Sequence record: KJ019086.1
DNA: 64,000 nt
Reading direction: 5' to 3' (one strand)
The stretch's first letter is position 1, and each line of letters starts with the position of its first letter. Below the pieces are notes generated by a model. The model ran no database searches. It saw only the letters and a program-made list of their open reading frames with translations, and was not told where the DNA came from. Shown here piece by piece: positions 28,207 through 37,144 of this stretch. The position numbers were made by a program, and so were the translations under genes.

Positions 28207-28229
28207 ATATGGTAGAATGATTATGTTAT

Positions 28230-28670
28230 GTGAAAGAAGTAAATTATGAGAACCCATGGATATATCTGGAGAGACCTTTCACTGATGATGATATTCTGGA
28301 CTACTTTGGTTTTGTTTATCGTATTACCAATAAGACAACAGGGAGGAAGTACCTGGGAAGAAAGGTATTTTGGTTCCACAGAAAGCCTCCTGGTAAGAAA
28401 CGAAGGGTAAAGAAACCATCAGACTGGAAGAAGTACTATGGATCCAGTGATGAACTTAAAGCAGATATTCAACTCTTAGGGAAAGATATCTTCACCAGGG
28501 AGATTATATCATTGCATAAGACCCTAGGAAAGACAAACTTTGCAGAGACAGAAGCACTCTTCCAATACAAAGTATTGACAGAGAAACTTGACGATGGGTC
28601 TCCAATGTATTATAATGCGAATATACTTTCGAGATACTACAGGAAAGACTACTTTGATTATGAGGACTAA
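28230..28670 (+). CDS. denA: GIY-YIG endonuclease, T4 EndoII (DenA)-like
   Basis: FGFVYRITN...KYLGRK...SDWKKYYGSS...YYN.NI. Confidence 0.75.
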   Translation: MKEVNYENPWIYLERPFTDDDILDYFGFVYRITNKTTGRKYLGRKVFWFHRKPPGKKRRVKKPSDWKKYYGSSDELKADIQLLGKDIFTREIISLHKTLGKTNFAETEALFQYKVLTEKLDDGSPMYYNANILSRYYRKDYFDYED

Positions 28671-29758
28671 TGAGTTATTTTACTGATCGTTTTGGTGATA
28701 CCTATAAGGTTATCCGTAACTATATCTCTAGTGAAGAAGCAAATACTTTAGGAGAGAACTATAAAGAGTTTGTATCTACTGATGGGGTGCCTACAGAGGC
28801 AACCATGATTACTTCGAATGCATATGATTTCTACAACAGACCTGAACAGGTAGCACTTCTATCAGAGAAAGTATCACATATCAATGAACTATTAGATAAG
28901 AAAGTTCTTCCTGCCTATTCCTTTGTTAGACAATACGGAGTTGGATCCTTTCTAGGCAAACACACAGACAGAAAGTCCTGTGAGGTATCTCTGAGTATCC
29001 ACCTGTGTGGTGATAAGGAATGGCCGTTCTGTATAGAGGATAAGGAAGGAAACCCCGTAGAACTCATCCTACACCCCGGAGATGCAGTTCTATATGATGC
29101 ACCTAATGCAACTCACTGGAGAGAAGAATATGATGGTGAGTTCTATATTCAAACCTTTCATCACTATGTAACTTTAGGTGGTGAGTATGAGAATCTATTC
29201 TTTGATAATAATGATAAAGAATTCTCACTAACCAATTATATTAAACAATATAAGGAATCAGTACCTCCTGATATCTGTGATATGATTGTTAAATACGCAG
29301 AACAATTCCCCAATAGGTGGGAAAATGCTACTACTATACAATCTATAAAAGATAATACTATTGATACTAGGATATGTGAGAGTTGGAATGTTTTACCAAC
29401 TGATAGTATTGATGATGTTGTTTATAAGTATATAACTGAAGCATCTTCTAAGTTCTGTAATACCTTCCCACACTTTAATCTTACTCAGGACACTGGATAT
29501 CAGATTTTAAGATACAAACCAGGTGGTAAGTATGACTACCATACAGATCAACATGCCACTTATAACAGGGAAGTTACTATTATTCTAAACCTTAATGATG
29601 ACTACGAAGGTGGTAACCTATGTCACATTAAAGACAACCATATGATAAAGATGGGTAAGGGTGATATCATTATTTTCCCTGCTAACTTTATGTACCCACA
29701 TCGTATTACTCCCATAACATCTGGTGTTAGGTATTCTATTGTGACTTGGGCAGTCTAA
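28670..29758 (+). CDS. tandem two-domain 2OG-Fe(II) oxygenase
   Basis: Domain 1 KHTDR..CE...HWR; domain 2 YHTD...GGNL...HRI...RYSIVTW. Confidence 0.85.
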   Translation: MSYFTDRFGDTYKVIRNYISSEEANTLGENYKEFVSTDGVPTEATMITSNAYDFYNRPEQVALLSEKVSHINELLDKKVLPAYSFVRQYGVGSFLGKHTDRKSCEVSLSIHLCGDKEWPFCIEDKEGNPVELILHPGDAVLYDAPNATHWREEYDGEFYIQTFHHYVTLGGEYENLFFDNNDKEFSLTNYIKQYKESVPPDICDMIVKYAEQFPNRWENATTIQSIKDNTIDTRICESWNVLPTDSIDDVVYKYITEASSKFCNTFPHFNLTQDTGYQILRYKPGGKYDYHTDQHATYNREVTIILNLNDDYEGGNLCHIKDNHMIKMGKGDIIIFPANFMYPHRITPITSGVRYSIVTWAV

Positions 29759-29780
29759 ATACTCTGTTATTTCGGTTACA

Positions 29781-31001
29781 GTGATGAGAATTGATTTCAG
29801 TAACTTTTTCCAATACTATGATGGTGATCTAAAGAACCATGTAGAATCAATTGCTCTACTAGAGCGTGAGATTGAAAAAGTTGCTCCCCATCTCCTCCAG
29901 GACGAAGCAGAATGGGTTAAGGTATATCGCAATACTGCTGAGGTTGAGAAACCAGATAAGGTTATTGCCCTACCCGTACCCTACTTCCCCCAGACAGATA
30001 ACTACACACAACCAGAGAGGACTTGTAACTCCTCCTCCTGTGCTATGTGTCTAGAATACTTTAGACCTGGAACTCTAGTTGGTTCTAAAGGTGATGACGC
30101 GTATATCAGAAAGGTATTTGCTGTAGGTGATACTACAGATCACTCAGTTCAAACTAAAGTTCTAGCAGACTATGGTGTAGATTCTGAGTTCAACTATTCA
30201 CTCAGTTTTGATAACCTAGATCACGAACTTGAGAACAAGAGACCTGTTGTGATTGGTATCCTCCACAGAGGAACCCTAGCACACCCCACAGGGGGTCATA
30301 TGGTGGTTGTGATAGGTAAGACGGCAGAAGGTGATTACATCTGTCACGACCCCTACGGAGACCTTAACGACGGATATACAACCAATGTATACAACGGTCA
30401 GTCTGTTGTGTATAAGAGAAATGTTCTAGAGGCTAGATGGACTCCTGACGGTCCTACCAGTGGTTGGGGGCGTACTTTCCAGGCGAAAGTAACCGCAAAA
30501 AAGTCTGAGGAGGGTAAGTTGCCCTCCGCTGGTGTTGAACTTATCAAAGAGTTTGAAGGACTTCATGTTCTAAAATCTGACGGAATGATTCATGCTTATC
30601 CTGACCCTCTATCTGGTGGTGAACCCTGGACTATTGGTTGGGGTTCTACTAGGGATCTTGATGGATCAGCATTCCATCCTGGGGATAAAATCACCAGAGA
30701 GAAAGCAGACATCCTCCTAGAGGAACAACTTAGAAGAGATTATCTTTCTAAGTTAGAGCAAACCATTCCCTATTGGGATGAGATGAATGACAACCAGCAT
30801 GGTGCTCTACTCAGTTTTGGGTATAACCTAGGAGCCAGTTTCTACGGAAGTCCTGATTTTAACACAATAACCCGTGTTTTGCGAGACAAAGAGTGGAATA
30901 AAGTCCCCGACGCGTTATACTTGTATCGTAACCCCGGAACTCCTGTAGAGGAGGGTCTTTCTAGACGACGGATTGCAGAAGGAGAACTTTGGGAGAGCTG
31001 A
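29781..31001 (+). CDS. modular endolysin: C39-like cysteine peptidase plus GH24 lysozyme
   Basis: VPYFPQ.D...TCNSSSCAM...GHMVVVIG...HDPYG; LIKEFEG...AYPDP...WTIGWG...ALLSF.YNLG...RRIAEGELW. Confidence 0.85.
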   Translation: MMRIDFSNFFQYYDGDLKNHVESIALLEREIEKVAPHLLQDEAEWVKVYRNTAEVEKPDKVIALPVPYFPQTDNYTQPERTCNSSSCAMCLEYFRPGTLVGSKGDDAYIRKVFAVGDTTDHSVQTKVLADYGVDSEFNYSLSFDNLDHELENKRPVVIGILHRGTLAHPTGGHMVVVIGKTAEGDYICHDPYGDLNDGYTTNVYNGQSVVYKRNVLEARWTPDGPTSGWGRTFQAKVTAKKSEEGKLPSAGVELIKEFEGLHVLKSDGMIHAYPDPLSGGEPWTIGWGSTRDLDGSAFHPGDKITREKADILLEEQLRRDYLSKLEQTIPYWDEMNDNQHGALLSFGYNLGASFYGSPDFNTITRVLRDKEWNKVPDALYLYRNPGTPVEEGLSRRRIAEGELWES

Positions 31002-31421
31002 ATGATTGCACTTGATATATTCTGTGACTGGTTCACTGGGAGATGGAACAACCGTGCTCAGGCACATTCCAACCCCAGAGGTCAGGCATATGTGATGGCT
31101 AGACACGATAGGATATCAGACACAGAGTTTCGATGTGTTTATCACTACCATAGGGATAAGACCCCTTATAGGGACTTTACCCTGAATATCAACGGACATG
31201 ATAGTGATATTATTCTGTCTGATAAGGAAACCAGGTTAGTTTATTCTTTATATAACGGAGCGTATACCTGTCACTTTGATAAGATAATCAAAGGAAAAAG
31301 ATATGTATTTGATTCTGTATTAGCGAATACTTTCTATAAACTTAATGATCAGTGTTTTGATGGAACCCGATTAGTTCGGGGTCTAGAAACCGGTGAGTTT
31401 TATGACTTTAGAAAGGAATAA
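31002..31421 (+). CDS. cpeT: CpeT/CpcT-type phycobilin lyase
   Basis: F..WFTGRWNNRAQA..NP...A...PYR...C.F...L..G...FYDF.K pattern. Confidence 0.75.
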   Translation: MIALDIFCDWFTGRWNNRAQAHSNPRGQAYVMARHDRISDTEFRCVYHYHRDKTPYRDFTLNINGHDSDIILSDKETRLVYSLYNGAYTCHFDKIIKGKRYVFDSVLANTFYKLNDQCFDGTRLVRGLETGEFYDFRKE

Positions 31422-31423
31422 TA

Positions 31424-31558
31424 TTATCTAATCCCCACCCACCATTCGCGAGCACAGTTTGCGATTTGTTCTGCGGTGGGGTTTTCTACGCGGATAATCT
31501 CAGAGCACTCATCTATCATTTCCTCTAGATGTTTATTGCAGGTAGCGAGATCGTTCAT
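31424..31558 (-). CDS. small hypothetical protein on the minus strand (start uncertain, up to 31609)
   Basis: Non-overlapping minus-strand ORF convergent with cpeT. Confidence 0.4.
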   Translation of the reverse strand: MNDLATCNKHLEEMIDECSEIIRVENPTAEQIANCAREWWVGIR

Positions 31559-31749
31559 TTGCTTGTGCCTTGATATTTTCGCAGTCATGAGAATACTAAC
31601 AATGATCACATATAGAGTTATTTAGTTCTCAGAGAACTCTCAGTTGTGGGAAATGTGTAATGTGATATAATGTAAATATCTTCATATTTTCTTCATATAC
31701 ATAATGAAGAAACTATTAAGTTTCACATTGTCGTTTGTAAATTAAAGTT

Positions 31750-32397
31750 TTGGATTCCAATAAGAGATCGATTATTAGAAAACTAGCAGCTATTGCTGCG
31801 ATTGGCTTCGTGGGTATTCCCGCTGGAGCTGGTCTAATCCCTACTCTAGAACAGTTTCAAGAAGAAAATGGATATGGTACTGAGGAAGTAGTAGAGGATA
31901 CAACTGAAGAGGTAGTAGAAGAAGAAGTAGCAATGACAAGGCGTTGGGTTCTCCCCAATGGAACACATAATGAGAAGATAGTACTCAGTGCCCTACAGGA
32001 TAGGGGTATTACTGATAAAGTTGCTCTAGCGGTTGTTTTAGGTAATATCAAACAAGAGTCACGATTCCATTCCAACATCTGTGAGGGTGGTGCAAGGGTC
32101 AACTATCATGGTTGTAGATATGGTGGGTATGGTCTTATCCAATGGACTACTTCAGATAGATATAGAGGACTTGGACACTACGCTTCTAGGATTGGTGGTG
32201 ATCCTTCCAGTGTAGAAACTCAGGTTGGATATATCTTCAGAGAGAGGCAGTGGTTGGACATTGAATCATCCCTCAAAAGAAATGGTCATAGTGTTGGTTA
32301 CTACATGAATAGGGCATATTACTGGTTGGGATGGGGTCACCATGGAGCCAGAACCCACTACTCACATGACTATGCTGCTCGTCTCATCTTTAAATAA
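31750..32397 (+). CDS. exported phage-tail-lysozyme-family cell wall hydrolase
   Basis: N-terminal hydrophobic signal; ALAVVLGNIKQES...GYGLIQWT..R; TTG start. Confidence 0.75.
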   Translation: MDSNKRSIIRKLAAIAAIGFVGIPAGAGLIPTLEQFQEENGYGTEEVVEDTTEEVVEEEVAMTRRWVLPNGTHNEKIVLSALQDRGITDKVALAVVLGNIKQESRFHSNICEGGARVNYHGCRYGGYGLIQWTTSDRYRGLGHYASRIGGDPSSVETQVGYIFRERQWLDIESSLKRNGHSVGYYMNRAYYWLGWGHHGARTHYSHDYAARLIFK

Positions 32398-32411
32398 ATA
32401 GATGAAACCCA

Positions 32412-32807
32412 ATGAAAGTCCCAGAGTTTAAAGTCAGTTTTCAGTTTGGTAAGAAGAAGAAAAACCCCCTACGTCTATACATTATAGGGGCAGTTTTGAG
32501 CTTTGTTATCGATATGATACATACTTTTATGAGGGTTCCCACAAAGGACCTCTGGGCTTTGGTTGACGAATTGGGAAAAGAGCTTAGAATAGAAGATATC
32601 AATGAGCTCGTTTTGAATAGTCCCGAACTACTACAGGCTAGAATCGAACGAGAAGTTGATGGAGCTATTGAGGACCATCTTAAAGAAACAGGTCACAAAG
32701 ACCCAGAGATTGAATCAGTATTTACTGAAACACTAAAGGGAGAAACCCCCTTAGGTGGTGAACTAAGAATCCGTGGTAAGTGGGTTCCTGAAAATAAGGA
32801 GGACTAA
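32412..32807 (+). CDS. hypothetical protein
   Basis: 131-aa ORF. Confidence 0.75.
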   Translation: MKVPEFKVSFQFGKKKKNPLRLYIIGAVLSFVIDMIHTFMRVPTKDLWALVDELGKELRIEDINELVLNSPELLQARIEREVDGAIEDHLKETGHKDPEIESVFTETLKGETPLGGELRIRGKWVPENKED

Positions 32808-32968
32808 TGAAACGACACAACAAAGTGATGCACCTTATCCGTGAGTCTCTTCGTAACCCAGAAGCATATTCTGAGGAAGAGATTACATATATGAGAGAGC
32901 AACTCAAACTACTGGAGGGTGAGAAGGAAACTATTAAACGGGAGAAGAATCGTGGATTTGGATCTTAA
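32807..32968 (+). CDS. small conserved hypothetical protein (53 aa)
   Basis: GGAGG RBS; YSEEEITYMREQL...KNRGFG. Confidence 0.7.
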   Translation: MKRHNKVMHLIRESLRNPEAYSEEEITYMREQLKLLEGEKETIKREKNRGFGS

Positions 32969-33398
32969 ATTCATTGGAGATGAGTGTCTTAGGAAACCAT
33001 CAGTAAATGTTGAAGATATCACAGAGGATGTGGTAACTTTATCCAAGGCAATGAAACAGAAGATGGTTGAGTGTAATGGTATTGGTCTAGCAGCCCCACA
33101 GGTTGGTAGGAATATCAGACTTATAGTTGTGCGACTAATGTGTGGTATGACTGTGGAGATGATTAATCCACGCATCAGTTGGACTTCTGATGACAGATGC
33201 ATACTTGATGAAGGTTGTCTTAGTATCCCTGGAAAAACACACCCTGTTGAGAGGTATAAATCCATCAGAGTTAAATTTCAGGACATTACAGGACAACATA
33301 AATATTGGAAATTATCTAAGATGGACGCACGAGTGGTTCTACATGAGTATGATCATTTGGAAGGTTTATTGATGGTTGATTACCAGAAGACTGGTTAA
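32952..33398 (+). CDS. def: peptide deformylase
   Basis: GIGLAAPQVG, EGCLS and HEYDHLEG; GTG start 32952 preferred. Confidence 0.95.
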   Translation: MDLDLKFIGDECLRKPSVNVEDITEDVVTLSKAMKQKMVECNGIGLAAPQVGRNIRLIVVRLMCGMTVEMINPRISWTSDDRCILDEGCLSIPGKTHPVERYKSIRVKFQDITGQHKYWKLSKMDARVVLHEYDHLEGLLMVDYQKTG

Positions 33399-33414
33399 CT
33401 TTATAGTATTAACA

Positions 33415-33606
33415 ATGATTATGAAAACGAAGAGAGAGCGTCTTGAAGATGTCATTATGGAATATCTAGATGAAGAATACTCGTCTCGACGTATCTACGA
33501 AGAATTCTTATCAGTAATGATGAATGAATGTCAAGGTAGGGAGGAGGCATCTAAGAAAGCCTTAGAACTTAGAGACTTGATGTTAGGTGATAGACCTGTA
33601 TTTTAA
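33415..33606 (+). CDS. hypothetical protein
   Basis: RERLEDVIMEYLDEE...; start adjusted. Confidence 0.65.
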   Translation: MIMKTKRERLEDVIMEYLDEEYSSRRIYEEFLSVMMNECQGREEASKKALELRDLMLGDRPVF

Positions 33607-33624
33607 CAAAGGAGATTATCAATT

Positions 33625-33936
33625 ATGACTAAAGAAGTTAGCGATTTGAAACTCACACGACTTGAGTGTGTGAAGTGTGGCGCCACTTGGATCAATGGTA
33701 ATCATGTATGGAAGACTGGTAATACTGGAAGTGAAACCGATCTAGCTGGGTTAGTTTGCAATAAACTAGGTGATGACGATTGCATCAACCCCCTAAGGGG
33801 TGCTGAGACAGGTGACACTTGGGAACAACGCCTTGGTGACCTGGATACTGGATTCAATGCAAGGAGAGAGCGTCTAGAAGACCAGAGAGCAAGGTTCAAA
33901 GAACAATATGGGGAAGACCCTCACTTTGACGATTGA
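33625..33936 (+). CDS. conserved hypothetical protein (Cys-rich)
   Basis: CVKCGATWING.H.W.TG...DLAGLVCN...CINP. Confidence 0.8.
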   Translation: MTKEVSDLKLTRLECVKCGATWINGNHVWKTGNTGSETDLAGLVCNKLGDDDCINPLRGAETGDTWEQRLGDLDTGFNARRERLEDQRARFKEQYGEDPHFDD

Positions 33937-34004
33937 GGAAGTGGCACACCCCCTAGGCAAACCTATGGGGATGCGTTATAATATGAAGGTAATCAACCAG
34001 AGAG

Positions 34005-34220
34005 ATGACACAGCTTAAAACAAAGTTCCGCAGGTATATCGGTGTTCTCACTGAAGCCGTATCTCGTTCCATCGAGTTAGACTACTCACAACCCAAACTC
34101 TATAAGAAGGTCCGAAGGTTCTATGAGGAACAGGGAGTCTCCTTCACTGGAGACGAGGTAGATGACTACCAAATTGTTATGGATTGTTTAACTGAAGATC
34201 TAGTAAAGGAGCCAGTATGA
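34005..34220 (+). CDS. conserved hypothetical protein
   Basis: Follows a TATAAT box; LYKKVRRFYEEQGV.FTGD. Confidence 0.75.
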   Translation: MTQLKTKFRRYIGVLTEAVSRSIELDYSQPKLYKKVRRFYEEQGVSFTGDEVDDYQIVMDCLTEDLVKEPV

Positions 34221-34453
34221 AGACTATTCTTGAGAGAGAAGGTTTCCGTTTCATTGAGAAAGGTATTATTGAACTCAATGGAATGCCAGACTACCGACTA
34301 CAGAAACAAGATCACTATTCCCAACGATGGAATGATGTTTATCTCTTCGATAACAAGATGCAGTGTCTAACTGCTATGGAAGATATCGAATATTGTAAGT
34401 GGTTGTGTGGAGAACCCTGTTATGTTCGTGATGTTGTTGGTTCCTATTCATAG
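34217..34453 (+). CDS. conserved hypothetical protein
   Basis: GIIELNGMPDYRLQ..D.YS.RW.D.YLFDN.MQC. Confidence 0.8.
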   Translation: MKTILEREGFRFIEKGIIELNGMPDYRLQKQDHYSQRWNDVYLFDNKMQCLTAMEDIEYCKWLCGEPCYVRDVVGSYS

Positions 34454-34684
34454 ATGAGAACTACATCCTTCCTAAGGTATCTTGGAAATACCTTACTAGT
34501 GTTGGGTCATTTCACACTCCTTTGGGGGGATACACAGACCGCCTTGACTATCAAAATCATAGGTGGTCTTTCTTTGTTACCCTTTGCCATCTCCTGGAAG
34601 TTGTGGGATGTTGTGGCACTTGAGTTAATATTTGGAGGTATGGATGTAACCAAGTTCATCCAGTTACTATTCAGCAACTCCTAG
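34454..34684 (+). CDS. small membrane protein
   Basis: Three hydrophobic segments. Confidence 0.7.
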   Translation: MRTTSFLRYLGNTLLVLGHFTLLWGDTQTALTIKIIGGLSLLPFAISWKLWDVVALELIFGGMDVTKFIQLLFSNS

Positions 34685-34733
34685 CACCATAGGGTTTCTT
34701 TATTCCCTTACAAAGATGAAGTGGCGCACCTGA
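34685..34733 (+). ncRNA. candidate wcaG RNA motif (3' part)
   Basis: AGGG/CCCT hairpin whose loop CTTTAT can pair with ATGAAG; GGTTTC...AAAGA...GTGGCG..CCTGA layout as I recall for wcaG; upstream of gmd/wcaG genes. Confidence 0.4.
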
Positions 34734-34762
34734 TTGGCAAACCCAAAAATATGTGTTATACT
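34734..34762 (+). promoter_or_regulatory. promoter TTGGCA-N17-TATACT
   Basis: 34734-34739 and 34757-34762. Confidence 0.7.
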
Positions 34763-34767
34763 GGGTA

Positions 34768-34853
34768 GGTATTGGTAGCGTTTTCAGGGGTGAATAAACT
34801 ACCAATACCAATCTAAACTCATAGAAAACCACTCCTCATGGGGTGGTTTTTTT
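34768..34853 (+). ncRNA. orphan small RNA: 11-bp hairpin plus terminator
   Basis: GGTATTGGTAG/CTACCAATACC stem; AAAACCACTCC/GGGGTGGTTTT terminator; no ORF. Confidence 0.55.
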
Positions 34854-34887
34854 GTGCGCGTATAACTAGTGTAACTTGGGTTACATT

Positions 34888-35184
34888 ATGAAAGCCGACG
34901 CACAACTAGAACACCACGCCAATTGTTGGAATTCTATTCGAAATAATGATAAGGAATACTTTAAGATAGGAGTTGGTGTTTATAAAACTATCAACGCTGA
35001 TAGGGAATACTATATCAATAGTCGTATTGAAACTGATAAGAATAGTGATATATCAGAGATGGATCAAGTGAAAGAAGCCCACTCCAAACACTTAAGTTAT
35101 TTTATTGGATACAAATCAGAAGTAACAGTTGAAGCTATCAGTAGTGATTGGAAATCTACCCTATACCGGGTTACTACCTGCTAG
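34888..35184 (+). CDS. hypothetical protein
   Basis: ORF between the terminator and the gmd promoter. Confidence 0.55.
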   Translation: MKADAQLEHHANCWNSIRNNDKEYFKIGVGVYKTINADREYYINSRIETDKNSDISEMDQVKEAHSKHLSYFIGYKSEVTVEAISSDWKSTLYRVTTC

Positions 35185-35216
35185 GGTGTGTTATAATAGA
35201 TGAAATGCATGTTGTG

Positions 35217-36215
35217 ATGAAAGCTTTAATCTCTGGTATAACTGGGCAGGATGGATCCTATCTTGCTGAACTTCTACTGAAGAAGGGGTATGAAGTCCAT
35301 GGTATTATTCGTAGAACCTCCTCGTTTAATACAGGAAGAATCGATCATATCTTCGATCAGTTACACCTCCACTACGGGGATTTGACTGACTCCCTGAACA
35401 TAGTCTCTATCATTAAGGAAGTGGAACCTGATGAGATATACAACCTAGGGGCACAGAGTCATGTGAAAGTATCCTTTGAGGAACCTGAATATACAGCACA
35501 GACTGATGCTCTGGGAACCCTAAGAGTATTGGAGGCAGTTCGTCTCCTAGGTATGACAGATAAGGTTCGTATCTACCAGGCATCCACTAGTGAGTTGTAT
35601 GGGTTGGTACAAGAGACACCCCAGAAAGAAACAACACCTTTCTACCCACGATCTCCATATGGTGTAGCTAAACTCTATGGATATTGGATTGTAAAGAACT
35701 ATCGTGAGAGTTATGGGATGCACGCCAGTAGTGGTATTCTATTCAACCATGAGTCACCACGACGGGGTGAGACTTTCGTAACCCGTAAGATTACTAGGGG
35801 ACTATCCCGTATTAGTACAGGACTACAGGATTGTCTATACCTAGGTAATCTAAACTCAAGACGAGATTGGGGTCATGCTGAAGACTATGTGGAGGCTATG
35901 TGGTTGATGTTACAACAGGAAACTCCTGATGACTATGTGATTGCCACAGGTAAAGAGTATTCAGTGAAGGACTTTGTAGAGGCATCTGCTGAATACTTTG
36001 GTATGAAGATTGAGTGGCAGGGTGAAGGATTGGATGAAGTGGGTATAGATAGATTTACAAAGAAGGTTGTCGTTCGTGTGAGTGACAAATACTTCAGACC
36101 AGCAGAGGTTGAAACTCTCTGGGGTGATCCCACTAAGGCTAAAGAGGTATTGGGTTGGAAACCTAATCATACCTTTGCTTCCCTAGTAGAAGATATGTGT
36201 ATCTACGGTCAGTAA
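35217..36215 (+). CDS. gmd: GDP-mannose 4,6-dehydratase
   Basis: [43 protein letters not shown] and RDWGHA. Confidence 0.97.
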   Translation: MKALISGITGQDGSYLAELLLKKGYEVHGIIRRTSSFNTGRIDHIFDQLHLHYGDLTDSLNIVSIIKEVEPDEIYNLGAQSHVKVSFEEPEYTAQTDALGTLRVLEAVRLLGMTDKVRIYQASTSELYGLVQETPQKETTPFYPRSPYGVAKLYGYWIVKNYRESYGMHASSGILFNHESPRRGETFVTRKITRGLSRISTGLQDCLYLGNLNSRRDWGHAEDYVEAMWLMLQQETPDDYVIATGKEYSVKDFVEASAEYFGMKIEWQGEGLDEVGIDRFTKKVVVRVSDKYFRPAEVETLWGDPTKAKEVLGWKPNHTFASLVEDMCIYGQ

Positions 36216-36217
36216 TT

Positions 36218-37144
36218 ATGGAAAAAGGTGCAACGGTAGCAGTATTTGGTTCGGGTGGATTGGCTGGAAGTGCCATCACCAGGGCACTCAGGTGTTCTTT
36301 TGGGGGGTATAAGATTCTTACTCCTAGGAGTAAAGAACTAGACCTAAGAGAACAAGCAGATGTTCGTAGTTGGTTTAAGCATAACAAAGTTGATTATGTA
36401 TTCTTAGCTGCTGCCTTAGTTGGTGGTATCATGGCTAACAAGACTAGAAAGGCAGAGTTCTTACATGACAATCTAATGATGCAGTGTAATGTAATTGACT
36501 CTGCATACTATAGTGGAGTGAAGAAACTTCTATTCCTAGGTACTTCTTGTATCTATCCAGCAGGAAGGCACCATCCACTAGTGGAACATGAACTACTCAC
36601 AGGACTATTAGAACCAACCAATGACGCATACGCAATCGCAAAGATCGCAGGGATCAAACAATGTGACTTCTACCGAGAACAATATGGATTTGATGCTATC
36701 TCTATCATGCCTCCTAATCTATATGGTCCTGGAGATAATTTCAATGAGGGATCAGGACATGTCCTCGCCTCACTAATGAATAGGTTTCACCTAGCGAAGG
36801 AAGCAGGTGCATCTAGAGTTGAATGTTGGGGTGATGGATCACCTATGAGAGAGTTTCTATATGTGGATGACTTAGCAGATGCTTCCTTATACTTTATGAA
36901 TAGTTATAGTGAGTCTGGGCACATTAATACTGGGACTGGTAGGGATGTAACTATCAAACAACTAGCGGAGACTATTGCTGATGTAGTTGGATACAAAGGT
37001 GAGATAGGTTGGGATACAACTAAACCCAACGGAAACCCAAGGAAACTACTTGACAGCAGTAGGGCAAACCTGTTAGGATGGGAACCCAAGGTTAAATTTG
37101 AAGACGGAATCAAACTCACATACAACTGGTATCTAGCACAATGA
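36218..37144 (+). CDS. fcl: GDP-4-keto-sugar epimerase/reductase (Fcl/WcaG; possibly ColC)
   Basis: GSGGLAG, LAAALVGGI, GTSCIYP, YAIAKIAG, NLYGPGDNF and REFLYVDD. Confidence 0.92.
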   Translation: MEKGATVAVFGSGGLAGSAITRALRCSFGGYKILTPRSKELDLREQADVRSWFKHNKVDYVFLAAALVGGIMANKTRKAEFLHDNLMMQCNVIDSAYYSGVKKLLFLGTSCIYPAGRHHPLVEHELLTGLLEPTNDAYAIAKIAGIKQCDFYREQYGFDAISIMPPNLYGPGDNFNEGSGHVLASLMNRFHLAKEAGASRVECWGDGSPMREFLYVDDLADASLYFMNSYSESGHINTGTGRDVTIKQLAETIADVVGYKGEIGWDTTKPNGNPRKLLDSSRANLLGWEPKVKFEDGIKLTYNWYLAQ

